This document shows, piece after piece, positions 25,749 through 35,915 of a stretch of 40,956 nt of DNA. Under the pieces are notes generated by a model that did not search any database, was not told the origin of the DNA, and saw only the letters and a list, made by a program, of their open reading frames with translations. Each line of letters begins with the position of its first letter. Positions within the stretch are counted from its first letter, which is position 1. Both the position numbers and the translations under genes were made by a program. The stretch is from a virus (Duplodnaviria > Caudoviricetes): the IMG/VR virus record IMGVR_UViG_3300006077_000373, positions 1 through 40,956 of that record. One strand, given 5' to 3'.

Positions 25749-26016
25749 TCAGGACGACCTGATCCTGGGCTACACAAACGCCGCCATCAGCGCGTTTGAA
25801 AGCTGGACCAATCGCACGCTGGTAGCCACCGATGCCGAGCTGGACGGCGCTGCAGAGAATGCCATGGTCATCACAAAAGGCATTGAGCAGGGCGCGCTGT
25901 TGCTCATCGGGCACTGGTTCAATAACCGCGAGTCGCTGGTCATCGGAACCAGCGTTGCCGAACTGCCGCTGGCCACCAAGGCGCTCTGGCAGCCGCACCG
26001 CTGGGTGAATGTATGA
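25693..26016 (+). CDS. Head-tail connector (HK97 gp6-like)
   Basis: VKKHLRV...DDLI...LLLIGHWFNNRE. Confidence 0.9.
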   Translation: MIDQQLVKKHLRVELDETDQDDLILGYTNAAISAFESWTNRTLVATDAELDGAAENAMVITKGIEQGALLLIGHWFNNRESLVIGTSVAELPLATKALWQPHRWVNV

Positions 26017-26564
26017 GAGCTGGCGAACTGCGCCACCGCGCTGAAATCGTCGAATTGAACGCCGACCTCTTGCCGACTGTTATTGGTAGTGCATGGGTAG
26101 GCGTTATCGCCAAAGAGGCAGCAGACGTGCCCATGCCGTCAGGGCTGCGCAACCCGGCAAAGATCGACGTGCGCGCGCGCTACACCAGCAAGCTGACTGG
26201 TGGCCGCTACCTGCGCCTCGGCCAACGCCTGCTGCACATCACCAGCGCGCGCGACCCTCTCGGTAACAAGGCTGAACTACGCATCAGCGCTGACGAACTG
26301 ATCGGCCAGCCTGCGCAGTACCTGCCTGCCGGCGGCACAGCGGTAGCCTGCCGCGTGCACCTCACCCATCAAGCCCCATGGTTTGATGAAGAGGGCACCG
26401 TAACCGGCTACAAGACCAAGGCCGAGGTAGCAGTGATCGAGGTCGGCAGGCCTGAGCAGGGCGACCAGATCCAGATAGGCGACGATACCTACAGCATCAT
26501 CGGCTATGCCAACGACACGGACGATGGGGTAGTGCGCGGCCTGTGGCTGGAGCGTGAGGCGTGA
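26013..26564 (+). CDS. Head-tail adaptor/joining protein, apparently two-domain
   Basis: MRAGELRHR N-terminus typical of head-closure proteins, plus a second beta-rich domain. Confidence 0.7.
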   Translation: MRAGELRHRAEIVELNADLLPTVIGSAWVGVIAKEAADVPMPSGLRNPAKIDVRARYTSKLTGGRYLRLGQRLLHITSARDPLGNKAELRISADELIGQPAQYLPAGGTAVACRVHLTHQAPWFDEEGTVTGYKTKAEVAVIEVGRPEQGDQIQIGDDTYSIIGYANDTDDGVVRGLWLEREA

Positions 26565-27127
26565 AAGTCGGCGTGAAGCTGCAGGGCACCTCCTTTGCCC
26601 GCGCTCAATTGGCCACAGTGAACCGCAAGGTTGACCCGGTGCTGCGCGGGGCGCTGAACACCACGGCGACATCGACGCGGCGCGAAGAGTACGCGACGCC
26701 GCTGCTCAAGGCCTTCCGGACGCGCGCCTTTCTGAACGCAAAACTCAAGATCAAACGTGCACGGTCGCGCCGCATGGAAGCGCGGATTATCCCCTCGTCG
26801 TCTGGTATCAGGGTTAGCGCCTATCGGGGCTGGAGCTATGAGGCAATCAGCGCAACCAGGGCGCGGGTATTCGTTACCGGCCCCAACGGCAAGAAGCTGG
26901 CGGCAGGGTTTGTGAACCCGTCGAGCGCTGGCAAGAAGCCGCTTTACAACGAAAGCAGGCGCGGCAAGTACGTCTACGCTCGCCGCCTGCAGGAAGCCGT
27001 AGGGCCGAGCATCGCCTATTGGTTCAAACAACTGTCGAACGCTCAATTGCGTCGGCGAACAGGGGCATTCCTGCAGCGCGAGTTTGAACGTCGCCTACGG
27101 GCCGAGATAGCAAAGGGCATCCGATGA
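26561..27127 (+). CDS. Putative tail completion protein
   Basis: Very basic; RGALN.TA motif; neck-gene position. Confidence 0.55.
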   Translation: MKVGVKLQGTSFARAQLATVNRKVDPVLRGALNTTATSTRREEYATPLLKAFRTRAFLNAKLKIKRARSRRMEARIIPSSSGIRVSAYRGWSYEAISATRARVFVTGPNGKKLAAGFVNPSSAGKKPLYNESRRGKYVYARRLQEAVGPSIAYWFKQLSNAQLRRRTGAFLQREFERRLRAEIAKGIR

Positions 27128-27555
27128 GCAAAGCAGCAGAGCTGACCACAGCCATTGAGGCCTGCTTGGCCGAGATCACCGCAGCCAACGGCTATACCAC
27201 CGACATTCAGGGCGTTTACGGGTTCTCGCAGAACGTCCCGGATAACGCCGCCAAGCCCTACCTGATCATTCGCATCCCAGAAGACGAGGCGGTAAAGCAT
27301 TCCGGCAACGTGGTTCACCGCGTCGCCACCTACCAGGTGGAGGCTGTATTCAGCCGCGCCGCCACACTGGCCGACCTGCAGAACTGCCATCACGACATTC
27401 TCAAGTCGCTTGGCTACGGCGGCAATTATCAAGAGCGCCCGCTCAAGCCCGGCTGGGCCGGTGATGAGTCAGCCGAGTTTGATATGGGCGCATCAGGCGG
27501 CCAGCTTCGCAGCGTGACCGCCTCAATCAGCATTCAGTACGTCGAGCGCTACTGA
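27124..27555 (+). CDS. Putative tail terminator
   Basis: I...L..IT..NGY.TD N-terminus; precedes the tail tube gene. Confidence 0.65.
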   Translation: MSKAAELTTAIEACLAEITAANGYTTDIQGVYGFSQNVPDNAAKPYLIIRIPEDEAVKHSGNVVHRVATYQVEAVFSRAATLADLQNCHHDILKSLGYGGNYQERPLKPGWAGDESAEFDMGASGGQLRSVTASISIQYVERY

Positions 27556-27573
27556 GCAATAGCAACCGCACAC

Positions 27574-27598
27574 AACCCGCCCAGGCGGGTTTTTTTTC
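27574..27598 (+). terminator. Intrinsic terminator
   Basis: AACCCGCCCAGGCGGGTTTTTTTT. Confidence 0.75.
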
Positions 27599-27616
27599 GA
27601 CCAGAGGAAACCCGCA

Positions 27617-28135
27617 ATGCCAAACTACGCATACATGGGCAAGGGCATCGTGACCCTGAAAGAGGGCGCAGGCGCTGCGCGTGATATCGGTAACGTCGCC
27701 TCGATCGCCTTCAACATCAACGAAAACAAGATCAACCTGCCGAACTACCGCACTGCCGGTGGCGGCAACTACGCCTCGGTCACGCGCATCGAGTCGGTCG
27801 AGGTCACCATGACCCTGAACGACCTGTCGCCCGAGAACCTGGCGATGGTGCTGTTCGGCACGTCAACCGTGGTGTCCGAGGTCGCCACCATCGAGGCGCT
27901 GACCACCGGCGCGAAAGAGTTCCAGATGGTGTTCAGCGGCGTCAACGAGGCGGCCACCGGCAAGACCGTGACCGTCACCGTGCACCGCCTGAAGGTGGGC
28001 GCGGCCCAAGGCCTGAACCTGATTGGCGACGAGTTCGCCGCGATGGAGATCACTGGTGAGGTGCTGCTGGATACGTCCATCACCACCGAAGGGCTGTCGC
28101 AGTTCTTCAAGGTCGAGATGGATACCATCGCGTAA
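27617..28135 (+). CDS. Major tail tube protein
   Basis: YMGKG...IGNV...FSGVNEA...LIGDEF...GEVL.D; strong codon bias; position. Confidence 0.75.
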   Translation: MPNYAYMGKGIVTLKEGAGAARDIGNVASIAFNINENKINLPNYRTAGGGNYASVTRIESVEVTMTLNDLSPENLAMVLFGTSTVVSEVATIEALTTGAKEFQMVFSGVNEAATGKTVTVTVHRLKVGAAQGLNLIGDEFAAMEITGEVLLDTSITTEGLSQFFKVEMDTIA

Positions 28136-28179
28136 GCCTGTGCTAGATTCCTCCCTGTAATCAATCAGGGAGGAAGGTC

Positions 28180-28902
28180 ATGGAATGTCCAAAGTGCAAG
28201 TATGAGCCAACGATGGCAGAGAACGCCGCGAGCCCGGAGATTTGTCCGAAGTGTGGTGTTGTCTACGCGAAGGTGCAGGCGAAGCAGGAAGCGGCTGCGC
28301 AGCCGGTAACCGGCAAGGTCGCAGCCGGGATTGCCGGCGCGAAGGCTGGCGTTGCCGCAAGTCGCCAGCAACGTGAAGAGCGAGATTGGCAGGCCAGGCT
28401 GAATGCCGCCGCCCCTGATTGCGTTGTGGTCACTGGCGTGCAGATTCCGTTCCTCAGCCTGATTTGGCTGATGACCAAGATTATTCTGGCGGCGCTGCCA
28501 GCATTGGTGCTTGCTGTGTTTATCGTTTGGGCTCTCTTTTCATTCGTGAAGGGAGTGGTCACTAGTTACAACAGGTACACAGACAGGTACGAGCAAACGG
28601 AATTGCAGCTAGCTCTCAGGAATAGCGCATCTGCCGCATCAGAGCTGGCGTCTTCTTCTGGCAGATGCTCGACAATGGCCGAGCTTGGCAGTGCCGTTAT
28701 GCTTGCTCGACAGAACGGTTTACCTATGGCCGCCGCCAAGACGGCAGTTTCTGGGCATGGTGAATACAGCGAGACGGTGCTGAGCCAGATCGTGACTTCC
28801 GCTTACAGGCGCGATCGGCACGAAACTGATTCCGAAAGGTCGCAGCAGGTAGATACGTTTCGAAGAGAAACGTATGAATGGTGTGTCCGTGAGGGGCTTT
28901 GA
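28180..28902 (+). CDS. Moron-encoded membrane protein (Zn ribbon + TM + Cys-pair domain)
   Basis: CPKC...CPKC, long hydrophobic segment, extended -10 TGCTAGATT upstream, GGGAGG SD, downstream terminator. Confidence 0.75.
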   Translation: MECPKCKYEPTMAENAASPEICPKCGVVYAKVQAKQEAAAQPVTGKVAAGIAGAKAGVAASRQQREERDWQARLNAAAPDCVVVTGVQIPFLSLIWLMTKIILAALPALVLAVFIVWALFSFVKGVVTSYNRYTDRYEQTELQLALRNSASAASELASSSGRCSTMAELGSAVMLARQNGLPMAAAKTAVSGHGEYSETVLSQIVTSAYRRDRHETDSERSQQVDTFRRETYEWCVREGL

Positions 28903-28930
28903 TTGCAATTAAACGCTAAATCACTTCATT

Positions 28931-28955
28931 GACCCGCTTCGGCGGGTTTTTTATT
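28931..28955 (+). terminator. Intrinsic terminator after the moron
   Basis: ACCCGC-TTCG-GCGGGT-TTTTT. Confidence 0.8.
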
Positions 28956-28968
28956 GCCCGGAGAAAAC

Positions 28969-29334
28969 ATGAGCACTCTCAACATCCTCTTCCCGAAGCC
29001 AGAAGTTATCGAGCTCGATGGGAAAGAGGTCTCGGTCAAGCCTGTTTCGCTTGAGCACTTCGATGAATACGGTAAAGCGGCATCTGAGCTTATCGGCCTG
29101 ATGGCCAATGCCAGTGTTCAGCAGATCAATCGGTACGCGGAGCAGCATGCAGAAGACCTGCGGCGCGTGCTTGGATACACCACAAGCCTTAGCTGGCTGG
29201 CTCGACGCAGGTTGCCGGCGACTACTGCAGTGCAACTCATGGTTGCGGTAATCAAGGTCAATGCAGGTTTTTTCGGAGAGGCTCTGCCGGGAATGGTCGC
29301 CGCGCTGAATGGAGCGATGTCGTCCAGCGACTGA
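28969..29334 (+). CDS. Tail assembly chaperone (G)
   Basis: Between tube and tape measure; VNAGFF at the slippery site. Confidence 0.75.
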   Translation: MSTLNILFPKPEVIELDGKEVSVKPVSLEHFDEYGKAASELIGLMANASVQQINRYAEQHAEDLRRVLGYTTSLSWLARRRLPATTAVQLMVAVIKVNAGFFGEALPGMVAALNGAMSSSD

Positions 29335-29510
29335 TCCGGGCAGGGCACAAGCTGGAAGATGTGCGCGGCTACACGCTCCACCAAATCGAGGCCTTCTCGG
29401 AGGCGATTGACAGGCAGGAGCGGGCAGCAAACAGGCTCGCCCTCATCGCTGCGCGCTCGGCAAATGTTGATGCAAACCAGTTCCGCAAGATCCTGAAGGA
29501 GATTGGCTGA
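29268..29510 (+). CDS. Tail assembly chaperone frameshift extension (GT), -1 frame
   Basis: T TTT TTC heptamer at 29268-29274 opens a -1 frame (WSDVVQRLIRAGH...YTLHQIEAF) that ends at a TGA overlapping the tape-measure ATG. Confidence 0.7.
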   Translation, partial: FFRRGSAGNGRRAEWSDVVQRLIRAGHKLEDVRGYTLHQIEAFSEAIDRQERAANRLALIAARSANVDANQFRKILKEIG

Positions 29511-31579
29511 TGTCCAAGATCAAGACGCAGCTGGTTATTGAGGGCGAAAACAGCTCAAAGAAAATGTTCAGGGAGGTCGACAACGACCTCAGCAATCTGG
29601 ATAGAAAGCTGCAGCGCGCCGGCAAGACGCTGATTGCTGCGTTCTCTGTCTCTGCGTTTACGGGTGCAATAAGGGCGATTGCGAACACGTCGGACGCATA
29701 CAACCTTATGAATGCCCGACTGGGCTTGGCTACAGAGTCTCAGGAAGAGTTCAACATCGCACAGGCTGAATTGGAGCGCGTGGCTTCTGCTACGCAGGCG
29801 CCGCTTGAGTCGCTGGTCACCCTTTACACGAGGATCGCACGACCGCTCAAAGAGGCTGGTAGAACGCAAGCTGAAATCATTCAGGTCACCGAGGCTGTAG
29901 CAACTTCATTCAGAATCTCTGGCGCCTCGGCTCAGGAGGCAGAGAACGGCGTCATCCAGTTTGCTCAGGCACTTGGGGCCGGTGCGCTTCGGGGTGATGA
30001 GTTTAACTCTGTCGCAGAGCAAGCGCCTCGTTTAATGCAGGCGCTTGCAGATAGCCTTGGCGTCTCTGTGGGTGCGCTCAAGGACATGGCCGGCGAAGGT
30101 GAGCTGACTGCCGACGTGGTGACCGATGCCTTGGTTGGCTCGCTTGCAACGCTCAAGGCAGAAGCCGAGACGCTGCCGCAAACTGTCGGCGGCGCGATGG
30201 TTGAGCTTGAAGACAAAGTAAACAAGGCGGTTGGCCAGGCCGACCTGACGCCGTTGATTCAAGGTATCAGCTCTCTTGGCGAGACTTTGTCGGACCCGAG
30301 GGTGATTGAGAACCTTGCGCGACTGGTCAATGCACTCGTATCACTGGCAGGTCTAGCTGCGGAGGGAGGGGCTCGAGTCGTCGACTTTGGCGATGACCTC
30401 GGTTACATCGCTTCAAGGATTGCCGGTAGCGTTGACGAAATCTCTCGGGCTGAAAAGGAGATTGCCTACTGGCAAGCCGGCGCAGAAGGTTTTGGACTTG
30501 TTGATCTGCTTTATACGGACGAGTACATCGAGCGCCAATTGAAGGCTTGGACCGAGTATCGCGACATGCACCTCCAGATGATTACTGGCGTTGCTGATGA
30601 TATTGAGACCGTAGAAAGCGCTGCACAGGACGAGTCCCAGCGCCGCCGCGATCAGCAGGTTCGGAGTTTCAACACCTACGTTAACGATCTGAAGAAAATC
30701 CAGGAAGCCCAGCTTGATTATGTGAAGGACGCACTGAAAGAGCAGGCGGCGGCCGAGAAAAAGGCGCTGGCCGAAATCGAGTCCGTGAAGAAAAAGCGGC
30801 TGGATATCGAGAAGCGCTACTCGGAGGCGCTGGCTAGCCTGTCCGGCGGCGGAGGGGCGAGCTACGGGCAGGCCCAGAGCTTGAAGCTTTCGGCTCAACA
30901 GGCGCTTGCAAATGGAGATATCGAATCTGCGCAGGCATACGCACAGCAGGCTGTTGAGGTGCTGCAGGAGCTTGCCAGGGCAGGAGAAAACACCTACGGC
31001 TTTGAAGGTTTCATCAAGGAGCTTCGGTCAATTGAGCTTGCCGCAAATGATATTGAGACCGAGAAGGCTCAGAACGAACTGAAGGCCGTGCGCCAGACCA
31101 TGGCGGATGTGCGCGAGCAGGCAGCAGCGCTTGAGAATATGCCGGTCAGCCTGAAGCTTGATGACGCCCAGCTCAACGCAGTGCGCCAGCAAATCATGAA
31201 GTTGGCGCAAGAGATGGGGCAGGAGTTGATTCTGCCGGTAACTATCACAAATCCATCTTCCGCAAGTGCTGAAATCCCTGGCTTTGCAACCGGCACAAGC
31301 AGCGCTCCTCCGGGGCTTGCGTGGGTCGGTGAGAATGGCCCTGAGCTTGTCTCGTTTGCTGGCGGAGAGACTGTCTTCACTGCAGAGCAATCGCGGCGCT
31401 TGGCGGCGTCGATGCCGTGGACACAGGTGGGTAACTACGGCGATATGGGTGGCGGCGCTCAAGCTGGCACACCCCTCTACCTCACCCTTGGCGACCGCAC
31501 ATTCGGTCTGCAGGGTGATTCCAGCACCATCGAAGACTTGGCGCGCTTTGCGCGTACCGCCCGACTCAAGCGCAGGTAA
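29510..31579 (+). CDS. Tape measure protein
   Basis: Ala-rich helical protein; QFAQALGAGALRGDEFNSVAEQAP; FATG...VGENGPEL. Confidence 0.92.
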   Translation: MSKIKTQLVIEGENSSKKMFREVDNDLSNLDRKLQRAGKTLIAAFSVSAFTGAIRAIANTSDAYNLMNARLGLATESQEEFNIAQAELERVASATQAPLESLVTLYTRIARPLKEAGRTQAEIIQVTEAVATSFRISGASAQEAENGVIQFAQALGAGALRGDEFNSVAEQAPRLMQALADSLGVSVGALKDMAGEGELTADVVTDALVGSLATLKAEAETLPQTVGGAMVELEDKVNKAVGQADLTPLIQGISSLGETLSDPRVIENLARLVNALVSLAGLAAEGGARVVDFGDDLGYIASRIAGSVDEISRAEKEIAYWQAGAEGFGLVDLLYTDEYIERQLKAWTEYRDMHLQMITGVADDIETVESAAQDESQRRRDQQVRSFNTYVNDLKKIQEAQLDYVKDALKEQAAAEKKALAEIESVKKKRLDIEKRYSEALASLSGGGGASYGQAQSLKLSAQQALANGDIESAQAYAQQAVEVLQELARAGENTYGFEGFIKELRSIELAANDIETEKAQNELKAVRQTMADVREQAAALENMPVSLKLDDAQLNAVRQQIMKLAQEMGQELILPVTITNPSSASAEIPGFATGTSSAPPGLAWVGENGPELVSFAGGETVFTAEQSRRLAASMPWTQVGNYGDMGGGAQAGTPLYLTLGDRTFGLQGDSSTIEDLARFARTARLKRR

Positions 31580-31582
31580 ACC

Positions 31583-32080
31583 ATGACACAGATGATTTTG
31601 GGCGGCGTGCCGGTCTCGATCTTCAGCGGCGAGCCGATGGTCAGCTACGGCGATGCCGGCGGCTCTACGGATGTGATTCTGTCCGGTGGCCGGCCGGTGC
31701 GGATGACGCACTTCAGCAAGCGGGTGATTACCGTCACCGGCAGCGGCTGGATCAGCAGCGGGCTTGATGGCGTCAACCTGCGCGGTGAGCTGGACTTCTG
31801 GAGTCCCAAGCCACTCACGCTGGCAACCGTAAGCACCACGGCCACGCTGACTGCAGCTGTGCGGCCTGATGAACCAGTGACCGCCGAGGCGCTTGTGGGT
31901 GAGCAGTGGGTTACCGCTGAGGTCTCCATGAGTGATCTGGACGCAACCATCACGCCTGTGGCTGGCGCGGTGGTGTACCGCTTGGTCTGGTTCCCGCGTT
32001 TCACCGTGCTGGTTGATCCGCCTGCTGAGGATATCGGCGACCGGCAATTCAGCTGGCAGCTTGTCATGCGTGAGGTCTGA
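31583..32080 (+). CDS. Putative distal tail protein
   Basis: Beta-rich 165 aa directly after the tape measure gene. Confidence 0.55.
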   Translation: MTQMILGGVPVSIFSGEPMVSYGDAGGSTDVILSGGRPVRMTHFSKRVITVTGSGWISSGLDGVNLRGELDFWSPKPLTLATVSTTATLTAAVRPDEPVTAEALVGEQWVTAEVSMSDLDATITPVAGAVVYRLVWFPRFTVLVDPPAEDIGDRQFSWQLVMREV

Positions 32081-32082
32081 CC

Positions 32083-33795
32083 ATGTTCAACGCATACCCG
32101 CTTAATGCGGTACCGCTGAACGGGCTGGGCAGCTCTGGCATCGTCACGCAGATCATCGAGCCTGGCAGCAGCTTCAGTTGGTCGCCGCGCCTGCTGCTGG
32201 CTGGCGAAGATGTTACCGAGCAGCTGCTGGGCGCCATTGTGGTCGACCGGTCAGAGTCGGGTGACGCTGTTGCGTCTTTCCAGCTGTGGCTTGGCACTGC
32301 GCCGGTATCCATCGGCAGCTACAGCGGGCGATCTGTCGTTATCGATATCATCCTGCACGGCGAGCCAGAGGTGGTGAGTCGTCGCTTCACCGGCCAACTG
32401 GTACAGCCCGAGTTTGATGTGGTCTATCGGGTCCTGAGCTGCGAGGCAAACACCCGCCTTGCCGAGAATGTCGAGGCCATGAGCATTGCAGCCATCGATA
32501 CCCTGGTGGGCGGGCTGTGGTCGCCGGACGTGTTCGAGGATGTCGCCGGCCGCTCACGCTGGGACTACGCCCAGGAGCGGCTCAGCACCCGCACCGCCAG
32601 CCTCAACGCAGACCGCTACGGCGTCCCGAGAATCACCCCTTGGCACATTGACGCCGTGCATTACGAGTTTGCGCCAGGGTCCACGGTCCATGAGTCGGTT
32701 GACGTTGGTCTTGCAACGCTCAGCGATGCGGTGAACGTCTATGAGCTGGAGCTGGACTACCGCTACACGCGCTACCGCCAGCGCCGGCAGAGCTACACCT
32801 GGCGTCACCCGGGCACGGGTGGGAATATGTCGCTGGCCGGGTTTAATGCCTGGCGGGCAGATTCGACCGAACTGCCAGACGTAGACATGATCACCGAGGC
32901 GGTCAACTCCGCTGGCTGGTATCTGTCTTCGTCCACCTGGTACCGGCTCTACGGCGATCTGCCCGATCTGCCGCAGCCCTGGTACAACAAAAATACAGAC
33001 CTGTTGCTCGGTGCCGATTTCTCGGCCTCGATCCGCTGGAGCCAGCGGGCTGTTGAGAAGTACACCGTCCGGCTTGAGGTTGCCGACTCCGTGGCCGCCG
33101 TTGGCGAGGTGATCGAGCGTGGGCGGGTGGTGCTCGACACCGACACAGAAAACGACCGGCTCTGGGACGAAAGCACCGGTGATCTTGTGGCCGCGGTTAC
33201 GGATGCACCTATTGATCAGCTCCAGCGCCGCGACCCTGAGCGCCTTGCTGCCGCTTTTGATTGCGCCGTATCGGCTGGCGTAGCCACGCTCTGTGCGGCG
33301 CAGCGGGCAAATGTTGTGACGTGGCAGGTGCCGCTGGCTCATGCGCTGGAGATTGATTTCGGCCAGCGCCTGCGCCTGCGGGACCAGGGTGCTGATGTCA
33401 CCGGCATGGTCGTCATGCTGACCGAGGAAATGGACACCCAAACCGGCACGGCACTGCTCACCATTGGCATTGCGCCAAGCCTGGGCGCAGCGACCGCCAT
33501 CGGTGACATACCGGTATTGCCAGACCCGCCAGAGTTTGAGGATCAGCCGGGGCCAGTTATGCCCGGTTCTCTGCCGACCCAGATCGGCCTGCGCATAGAC
33601 AGCCCGCCTTATGACGAAGAGCTGCCCGGTTTCGCCGGCAACTACTCGATCGGAAATGGTGACCCAGCAGACCGCTATCCCCGGCGCTTTGCGATTGATA
33701 CCCCGGAGATTCTGGAGCAGTGGCGGAACGAGATTGAGGCCGCCGTTGTGGTCACCTATTCCATCGCACCGCCAGCAGACACCCTGGAGCTGTAA
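32083..33795 (+). CDS. Putative tail tip/baseplate hub protein
   Basis: 570-aa ORF in tail-tip position. Confidence 0.55.
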   Translation: MFNAYPLNAVPLNGLGSSGIVTQIIEPGSSFSWSPRLLLAGEDVTEQLLGAIVVDRSESGDAVASFQLWLGTAPVSIGSYSGRSVVIDIILHGEPEVVSRRFTGQLVQPEFDVVYRVLSCEANTRLAENVEAMSIAAIDTLVGGLWSPDVFEDVAGRSRWDYAQERLSTRTASLNADRYGVPRITPWHIDAVHYEFAPGSTVHESVDVGLATLSDAVNVYELELDYRYTRYRQRRQSYTWRHPGTGGNMSLAGFNAWRADSTELPDVDMITEAVNSAGWYLSSSTWYRLYGDLPDLPQPWYNKNTDLLLGADFSASIRWSQRAVEKYTVRLEVADSVAAVGEVIERGRVVLDTDTENDRLWDESTGDLVAAVTDAPIDQLQRRDPERLAAAFDCAVSAGVATLCAAQRANVVTWQVPLAHALEIDFGQRLRLRDQGADVTGMVVMLTEEMDTQTGTALLTIGIAPSLGAATAIGDIPVLPDPPEFEDQPGPVMPGSLPTQIGLRIDSPPYDEELPGFAGNYSIGNGDPADRYPRRFAIDTPEILEQWRNEIEAAVVVTYSIAPPADTLEL

Positions 33796-34206
33796 ATGAC
33801 AACGCCAACCGAGCGCGCAAACCAGCTGCGCGGCAATCTGAACGAGCGAGCCGGCGGCATTCGTGGTCGGCTGGACGCCAGAGCCCAACGGCTTGCCGAG
33901 GGGTTGGCCCGCAATCTTTCGGAGATCATCGACCGCCCGCCGACGCCACCAACCCTACGCCGCGAAGAACCACGCGGCGGCATCCCGTCTGCACGCGGAT
34001 ATGCGCAGTACAACTACCAGCCCGGCAGCAGCACAGGTGGCGGCGGCATCGCCAGCCCCCTCGTCGAAGCCGATTTCAGTGACCGAGAATGGTGGCCGCT
34101 GGGCATCCCCAGCACTGACGGCCTGCTGTATTTCCCGGCCCCGAAGAAAATCACCATGACCGACGCCAACGGCGCGGAGGTCGTGCTGGAGTATGCAGAG
34201 CCATGA
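33796..34206 (+). CDS. Putative tail protein
   Basis: GGGIASPL.E motif; coupled. Confidence 0.55.
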   Translation: MTTPTERANQLRGNLNERAGGIRGRLDARAQRLAEGLARNLSEIIDRPPTPPTLRREEPRGGIPSARGYAQYNYQPGSSTGGGGIASPLVEADFSDREWWPLGIPSTDGLLYFPAPKKITMTDANGAEVVLEYAEP

Positions 34207-35903
34207 CGTTACCGGTTTGGGGCTGCCCCTGGCATGGACTATGGCGAGACGGGGTGCTTGAGCTGCCCAACGGGTCCAACCGTCCGGCAGACAGCCTGGG
34301 CGCGTCATACGGCCCGGGTGATACGTTCCTGCAGCGCATGCCCTGGGCGCCGGGTGCCACGCGCTCGCCGGAGGATGCCGCGGCGGATGCTGCTGCTGGC
34401 CGGCAGTGGCTGGATTATTTCCTGCTCAGCACGGGCCAGCGCTATATCTACGGCAAGTTGCAGCCGTGGTATTTCGGCGAGCCGGGCTGGGTGTATGCCG
34501 CGCCCAACGGCACAGCATGGGCCATCCAGTATGCAGATCTGAGGCAGGGCCCCGGCGCATTCGACGGCACGCTCACTGCGTCGAGGATGGGCGCGTACGC
34601 CCCTGCGGCACTGTCATACGAGCTGCCGCTGACGATGGCAGACAACGGTTACAGCAGCCCGCCGCTGCCGGAAGTCATCGAGAATGGCACGAGCTTGCCG
34701 GGTTTTGTGGGTATGTACGTGCGCGACATCCGCCCCGATGGCTCTGCTGCCATCCTGAGCATCGAGCACGACGGCTGGCGGGGTACTGGCTCCCCGAACT
34801 GCATCGGGACTATCCCAGTGATTTTCTACCTGCTGGAGCTGACCGGTACGCCCGGCGTGGACTTTGCCGCAAGCATCAGCGTGCTGTATAGCAAAGCGCA
34901 GACGCTCGGAACGCTCAGTGACAGCGGCCCGCTGCCAACGCCGGCGCAGGCGCGCTACAGCGGCGCAGCGGCCTACACGCCACCGATCATCCGGGACCCG
35001 TCAGACGGGGATACGCTCTCGTTTTCGCCCAAGGCGGCGACCCCATGGGAGACGGTAGACAACGACGGCCATTCGCCGACCGTGTTCACGTACAACTTGT
35101 ACCCGACCGAATCCGAACGGACCCTGAGCGTAAGTAGCCAGATCATCGCGGCATGGTTTGATCCGGATACGGGCGACCCGGTGCCGGTGTATGCAGACAC
35201 CACGCTGGAGTGGCGGGAAGAGCGCACGCCCCTGCAGCAGATCGGCAGCGGCACGCTATCGGCGCGGCTGGAGGATGGCCAGCTCGAGGACGTGACCAAC
35301 ACGCTGCAATGGCAGGTCTCGCACTCGCAGACCGTCGAAAAAGAGTTTCGCATCACGCTGCGCTGCGGGTCGTCATCTGTCAGCACGAGCATGCGGGAGA
35401 CATTCCACGAGGACTATTCCGCCACATGGTCCGCTGGCTGGGATATCCCGATGGGGTCCGGGGACTACCTCGTCAGACAGATTAAAGAGAGCGAGTCCAG
35501 CGTCGTCACGCGCACAATCGACGGCCCGAGCGGCACAACAACAGAGCCAGGGAACCTCGGCGCACTGGGGCCAAACAACCGGCCAGACGCCAAGTACCTG
35601 GGCCCCATCAATCTCACCCAGCAGATGTACCTGTGCGAGCCCTACGCCTTTTTCGATTGGGGCTGGTGGCAGCTCCCGTCGCGTCACGAGATCAACATCT
35701 TGCGCTACAGCAACAACATGCTCGCGCCCGTACTGCGCAAAACAGACGTGGCCCAGCACGATACCTGGGTACAGGGCAACTGCCTCACCCCGGCCGGTGT
35801 AGTAGCCGGCAGCATCACAACCCCGTCGGGTGCCCGGTACGGCACCTGGCACCCCGTCACACACGAGATAGAGCGCAGCGCTGAACCCTGCTGCTGGGTC
35901 TGA
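34203..35903 (+). CDS. Putative tail tip protein
   Basis: VWGCPWHG N-terminus; aromatic and beta-rich; coupled. Confidence 0.55.
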   Translation: MTLPVWGCPWHGLWRDGVLELPNGSNRPADSLGASYGPGDTFLQRMPWAPGATRSPEDAAADAAAGRQWLDYFLLSTGQRYIYGKLQPWYFGEPGWVYAAPNGTAWAIQYADLRQGPGAFDGTLTASRMGAYAPAALSYELPLTMADNGYSSPPLPEVIENGTSLPGFVGMYVRDIRPDGSAAILSIEHDGWRGTGSPNCIGTIPVIFYLLELTGTPGVDFAASISVLYSKAQTLGTLSDSGPLPTPAQARYSGAAAYTPPIIRDPSDGDTLSFSPKAATPWETVDNDGHSPTVFTYNLYPTESERTLSVSSQIIAAWFDPDTGDPVPVYADTTLEWREERTPLQQIGSGTLSARLEDGQLEDVTNTLQWQVSHSQTVEKEFRITLRCGSSSVSTSMRETFHEDYSATWSAGWDIPMGSGDYLVRQIKESESSVVTRTIDGPSGTTTEPGNLGALGPNNRPDAKYLGPINLTQQMYLCEPYAFFDWGWWQLPSRHEINILRYSNNMLAPVLRKTDVAQHDTWVQGNCLTPAGVVAGSITTPSGARYGTWHPVTHEIERSAEPCCWV

Positions 35904-35915
35904 TCCGGAGAAACC

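Noticed and set aside
20064-33888. Long minus-strand ORFs (e.g. 20064-21341, 24428-25777, 31028-32047, 32554-33888)
   Set aside because: Antisense shadows of GC-rich structural genes, with no recognisable motifs.
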